In this document: positions 60,200 through 64,000 of the stretch, one piece after another | How positions within the stretch are numbered: position 1 is the first letter of the stretch | Layout: each line of letters begins with the position of its first letter | From: Phaeosaccion multiseriatum | Taxonomy: Eukaryota; Protista; Ochrophyta, other classes | NCBI GenBank assembly: GCA_965112735.1 | Contig: OZ218962.1 | Location: 2,790,001 to 2,854,000, forward strand | Reading direction: 5' to 3' | Length of the DNA: 64,000 nucleotides | Made by a program: the position numbers and the translations under genes | Notes under the pieces: generated by a model | Databases searched by the model: none | Told to the model about the DNA's origin: nothing | What the model saw: the letters and a program-made list of their open reading frames with translations, nothing else

Positions 60200-61551
60200 A
60201 CCCCCCCCTCCTCCTTCTCCTCCTTTCTACTTGTTCTCCTCCACCTTCCCCTCCCCCTCCTCTCATCCTCCCCCTCCTCCCCCTTGCTCTTCTTCTTCTC
60301 CTCCTCCTCTCTCCCGTGCTGCTCGTGACCCATATGCTCATGCGACGCACGCTAGGCTTCGTGCAAGGGGCCCTGTTCGGCCTTACGTACCGATACGTAA
60401 TTCGCACGGACAGAGCCTCGTCTGCGTCCTCTGGCGGCTCCTCCTTCATCAACGCCGACCTACTCGGTACGCGAGGGAGACAAGTGGAGGCATATGAGGC
60501 TTATGGGGAGGGAGACAGGGAGGGGTGATTGGGTGCTTTTTACAAGGGTATCTACCACGGAACTTCCACCCTTCTCTCCCTGCCTACCCTGCAACTTCCC
60601 CCCTTCTCTCTGTCTCCCCCCCTCTCTTCCCACACCCCACCCCACCCCACCCCGCCTTGCTGTTTCTTCTTCATGCCACCACCCCTTTCGGTCACGCGTT
60701 GTGCCCCGCTCCTCCCTCCCACGCGCGCGCGCTCACACATTCACACACGCACACACACACACACACCACCACCACCATCAACCTTCCACGGCATCATCAT
60801 CATCATCTGCCCCTGTTGCGCCTCCCTCTGTGAATGGATCGACAGCTCCTTACCTCCCGGCCTGTGATGTGCACCACTTAGGGACGGGGGCGGTGGGCGC
60901 CTTTGCCATCACCAGCTGCATCGGAGAGGCGGAACCTCAGCTCACGGCAGCGGCGAAACAGGCAAGTCATGTATGTGGGCAAGAGGCTTGGCAGGGGAGG
61001 AGAGAGAGAAGGGCAGTCTGGCGCTTCATGTCGCGGCAGGAGACCGGCAGGCGGGGAAGATGAGACTGAAAGGAGGCAGAGCTGGCTTGACTGACCGGTG
61101 GCTGACTGACCGGTCGACCGACCAAATGGCTGACCTGGAGGAAAGAGAGGCGGGTGTTGGGGGTCGTTTTTGTGTGCATGTGTGTTCCTCCCCTGTTTAA
61201 CACATACGCGTATCGAGAGGGCTCCTGCATGTGACCCCCAAGGCAGGTCGAATGAGCTCCTCTTACCGCACCTCCCCCCCCTCCCCTTGTCCTCACGCTG
61301 CCATCTCCCCACCCCAGGTGGTGGAGGTGCTGACGCAGCAGCAGAGCCTGTCTGTGGGGTTGTGGGCCTGCCTTGGCTGTGCTGCCGCATTGGTTCCGCG
61401 CTTTCTCGAGTCCTTCCTTGTGTACTCGGCTGCCAGAGAGGCGCTCGACAAGGCCATGGACTCTCGGCTCATCATGACCTTTCCCTCCATGGAGGGCTCG
61501 TTTGGAGAGAAGGCAGAGACGGACTCACTGAAGCAGAGACGGACGGACTGA
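59031..61551 (+). CDS. Conserved cyanobacterial/plastid-type membrane protein of unknown function, probably plastid-targeted (exons approx. 59031-59640, 59902-59989, 60356-60466, 60881-60961, 61318-61551)
   Basis: Signal-like segment ending AQAF plus a Ser-rich transit region. Motifs KIESAKAG, GALFGLTYRYVIR, GAVGAF and ES..ALD are recalled from a small membrane protein family of cyanobacteria and plants. Confidence 0.7.
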
Positions 61552-62709
61552 GGAAGAGACGCGGACTGACTGAGGATAAGCTCACTGTTGGTGGTGAAGG
61601 GTATGATCGCGTGTCGGTCGGGCAGTAAGAGGAAGAGGTAGGAGCGTATAATGTCAAAAGACTTGACTGACGGACCATCGACGGATGAGAAGCCTTGTTT
61701 TTCTGCCCGTACAGAGGGGGCGACGTTTGGAGCACTCAATCCGAACAAAGGAGAGCACTCAATCCGAACAGAGAGGGCGAGGGGTCGATCAAGTGCTCTG
61801 CCTACGTCGTTGTCTGTGAGACTGACCCACCGACGTGTACTGACACCAGCCGACCGGGCCGAGGAGGGGGTCAGAAGGACGAGACCGAGGAGGAGACTTA
61901 CGGAGGAGAGGACATCGAGGCTGCTTCTAGGGGAGCGGTAGACCCAGCAGCAGCAGCAGCAGCAGCAGTAACAGTAGCAGCACCCGGAGTTGGTGGTACA
62001 GCGCCAGTAGCAGCGCCATTCGGCGATACGCAGCAGGCGCAGCAGCTGGCTATACAGCGATGGCACCTGTAGCAGCGGGGGCCACCGTGCCGCGAAGGTA
62101 GCCCGTTCTCCGAACAGCATCACCAGAAGGCCGGTTCAGAGGCGCGTAGTGAGAGCATTCTCTTGGGGAAGCTTTGAAGGGCGCGCCCCTGCCAGACACG
62201 GCTGTGTATGTATGTATGCAGGGTCTGAGCTTTCAGTAATATTCATTTCCTGAAGAAATTAAAAGCAAGCGCACACGCATCCGCCCCGCTGCACCCCTGG
62301 CTGGGCGGTGGGTTCGTGCATCTGCTACTCTCTCCTCCCGCCCGAGATTTCATCTGCGCCTCCCGTGCTACGATCCAAGCCCCTTCTCTGCCGTCTTCGA
62401 TTCTTATCAGCGTATCCATGAGCCATGAACCAAGAGGTAGTGAATGTCCCTAGAGACGCACGCTCGTTCCTCCTTCTCATCTCCTCATGGCACTAGTGCC
62501 AGAGCCCCCAGTCGCTGGTTGGTTCTCCTGTTGGTTCTCCAGTGGTCTCCACAGGTGAGCGCACACACGACCCCTCGCACCTCGACGTCAGCCCTCCCTC
62601 CCTCCGGCACTGGCACTGGGTACTGCGCTGGGGTCCTGACGCCTGATACTTGGACGGGTCGGGGCGGGGGGGGGGTGGATTTGACGTTCGCACAGCCCCA
62701 CACGTAAGC

Positions 62710-64000
62710 TTACGTGAGCTGCCCCGTCATCCGTCGTCGTGCTGCCCCACTCCGCTGTCGTTCTCGTCCTCTAAGCGAGTAACATTGAGCCCCTGGGGTA
62801 GATCTGCGGGCAGCGGGCAGTCTCTCTCTCCCAAGCTTCAGCTCCCTCAGGCCAGCAGGGAGGCCCTCCAAAGGGCACACGTACCACCGTCCCAGCTTCA
62901 GAGTCCGCAGAGAAGCAGGCAGCTCCAATGGGAGGTTAAGGCATTGCCCCATCACCACCTCCTCCACACCGCAAGGAAGGACCAATTGCTGATTAAACTG
63001 TGAGTTCCAGTCAAAAGTGATCTTCTTGAGCGAGGCAGGCAGCTCCACAGGGAGGGTAAAGGCGTACCCCATCATCACCTCCTCCACACCGCAAGGAAGG
63101 AACACGTGCTGATTGAAGTGGTTGACGAATATCATCATCTTCAACGAGGAAGGCAGCTCCAGAGGAAGGTCAAATCCTCTCCCATCTCCACACTATATGG
63201 AAGAGTCACGGGCTGATCGAAATTCTGCCAAATCTGATTTTCTTTAGCGAGGGAGGCAGCTCCAGAGGGAGGTTAAAGTCGCGCCCCATCACCACCTCCT
63301 CCACATCACAAGGAAGGACCACGTGCTGATTGAAGCTCCCACCAAATGTAATCTTCTTGAGCGAGGCAGGCAGCTCCAGTGGGAGGTTAAACTTCTCCCC
63401 CATCACCACCTCCTCCACACCGCAAGGAAGGTCCACGTGCTGATTGAAGAACTTGCGAAATTTAATCTTGTTCAGCGAGGCAGGCAAGTCCAGAGGGAGG
63501 TTAAAGTCACAACCCATCACCACCTCCTCCACACCGCAAGGAAGGTCCAAGTGCTGATTGAAGTGCTGGCCAAATCTGACCTTCTTCAGCGAGGCAGGCA
63601 GGTCCAGTGGGAGGTTAAACTCACGCCCCATCACCACATCCTCCACACCACAAGGAAGGACCACGTGCTGATTGAACCTCCCACCAAATGTAATCTTCTT
63701 GAGCGAGGCAGGAAGCTCCAGTGGTAGGTTAAACTTCTCCCCCATCACCACCTCCTCCACACCACAAGGAAGGACCATCCGCTGATTGAAGAACTTGCGA
63801 AATTTGATCTTCTTCAGCGAGGCAGGGAGGTCCAGAGGGAGGTTAAAGTCACACCCCATCTCCACCTCTTCCACACCGCAAGGAAGGACCACCTGCTGAT
63901 TAAAGCTCCCACCAAACGTAATCTTCTTCAGCGAGGCAGGCAGCTCCAGAGGGAGGTTAAACTTCTCCCCCATCACCACCTCCTCCACACCACAAGGAAG
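62710..64000 (-). pseudogene. Second FNIP-repeat gene (5' end outside window), frameshifted at ~63170-63228
   Basis: Tandem 114-bp/38-aa FNLPLxLPASLKKI..FNQxxxLPCGVEEVVMG units. One degenerate unit has two 1-nt deletions, which split ORFs 63206-63988 and 62710-63144. Confidence 0.8.

Overview
This is intron-rich, GC-rich, microsatellite-saturated eukaryotic nuclear DNA. It is most likely from a photosynthetic, flagellate-stage stramenopile (ochrophyte). That inference rests on a peroxiredoxin Q with a bipartite ASAF-type plastid presequence, a CFAP410 gene and intronless PPR-SMR genes. About 19 genes or gene relics can be supported: two PPR-SMR paralogues, two ankyrin proteins, CUEDC1-like, two near-identical DUF2828/vWA (TROVE/Ro60-like) genes, CFAP410, an unknown disordered protein, PrxQ, two FNIP-repeat genes, an SLC52-like riboflavin transporter, RAD7-like, Maf, a CUE-family-related coiled-coil protein, TopBP1-like, a METTL13/EEF1AKMT4-like methyltransferase and a cyanobacterial-type plastid membrane protein. 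Most ORFs in the supplied track are artefacts of simple repeats. The most unusual observations are these. (1) A dispersed motif, consensus GCAGTTGGTGATACAGCA, occurs 17 times; it is always on the sense strand of its host gene, is read in two different frames and also sits in an intron and in 3' flanks. (2) An inverted segmental duplication keeps its DUF2828 arms about 99% identical while the co-duplicated ankyrin exon has decayed, and an intronless FNIP gene lies in one arm. (3) All four paralogue pairs in the window are inverted. (4) Introns show polarised, complementary microsatellites: GGGA/GT at 5' ends and CCCT/AC at 3' ends. (5) There is a 165-bp MITE with TIRs and a TSD. Exon coordinates were read by eye and are approximate; no database searches were run.
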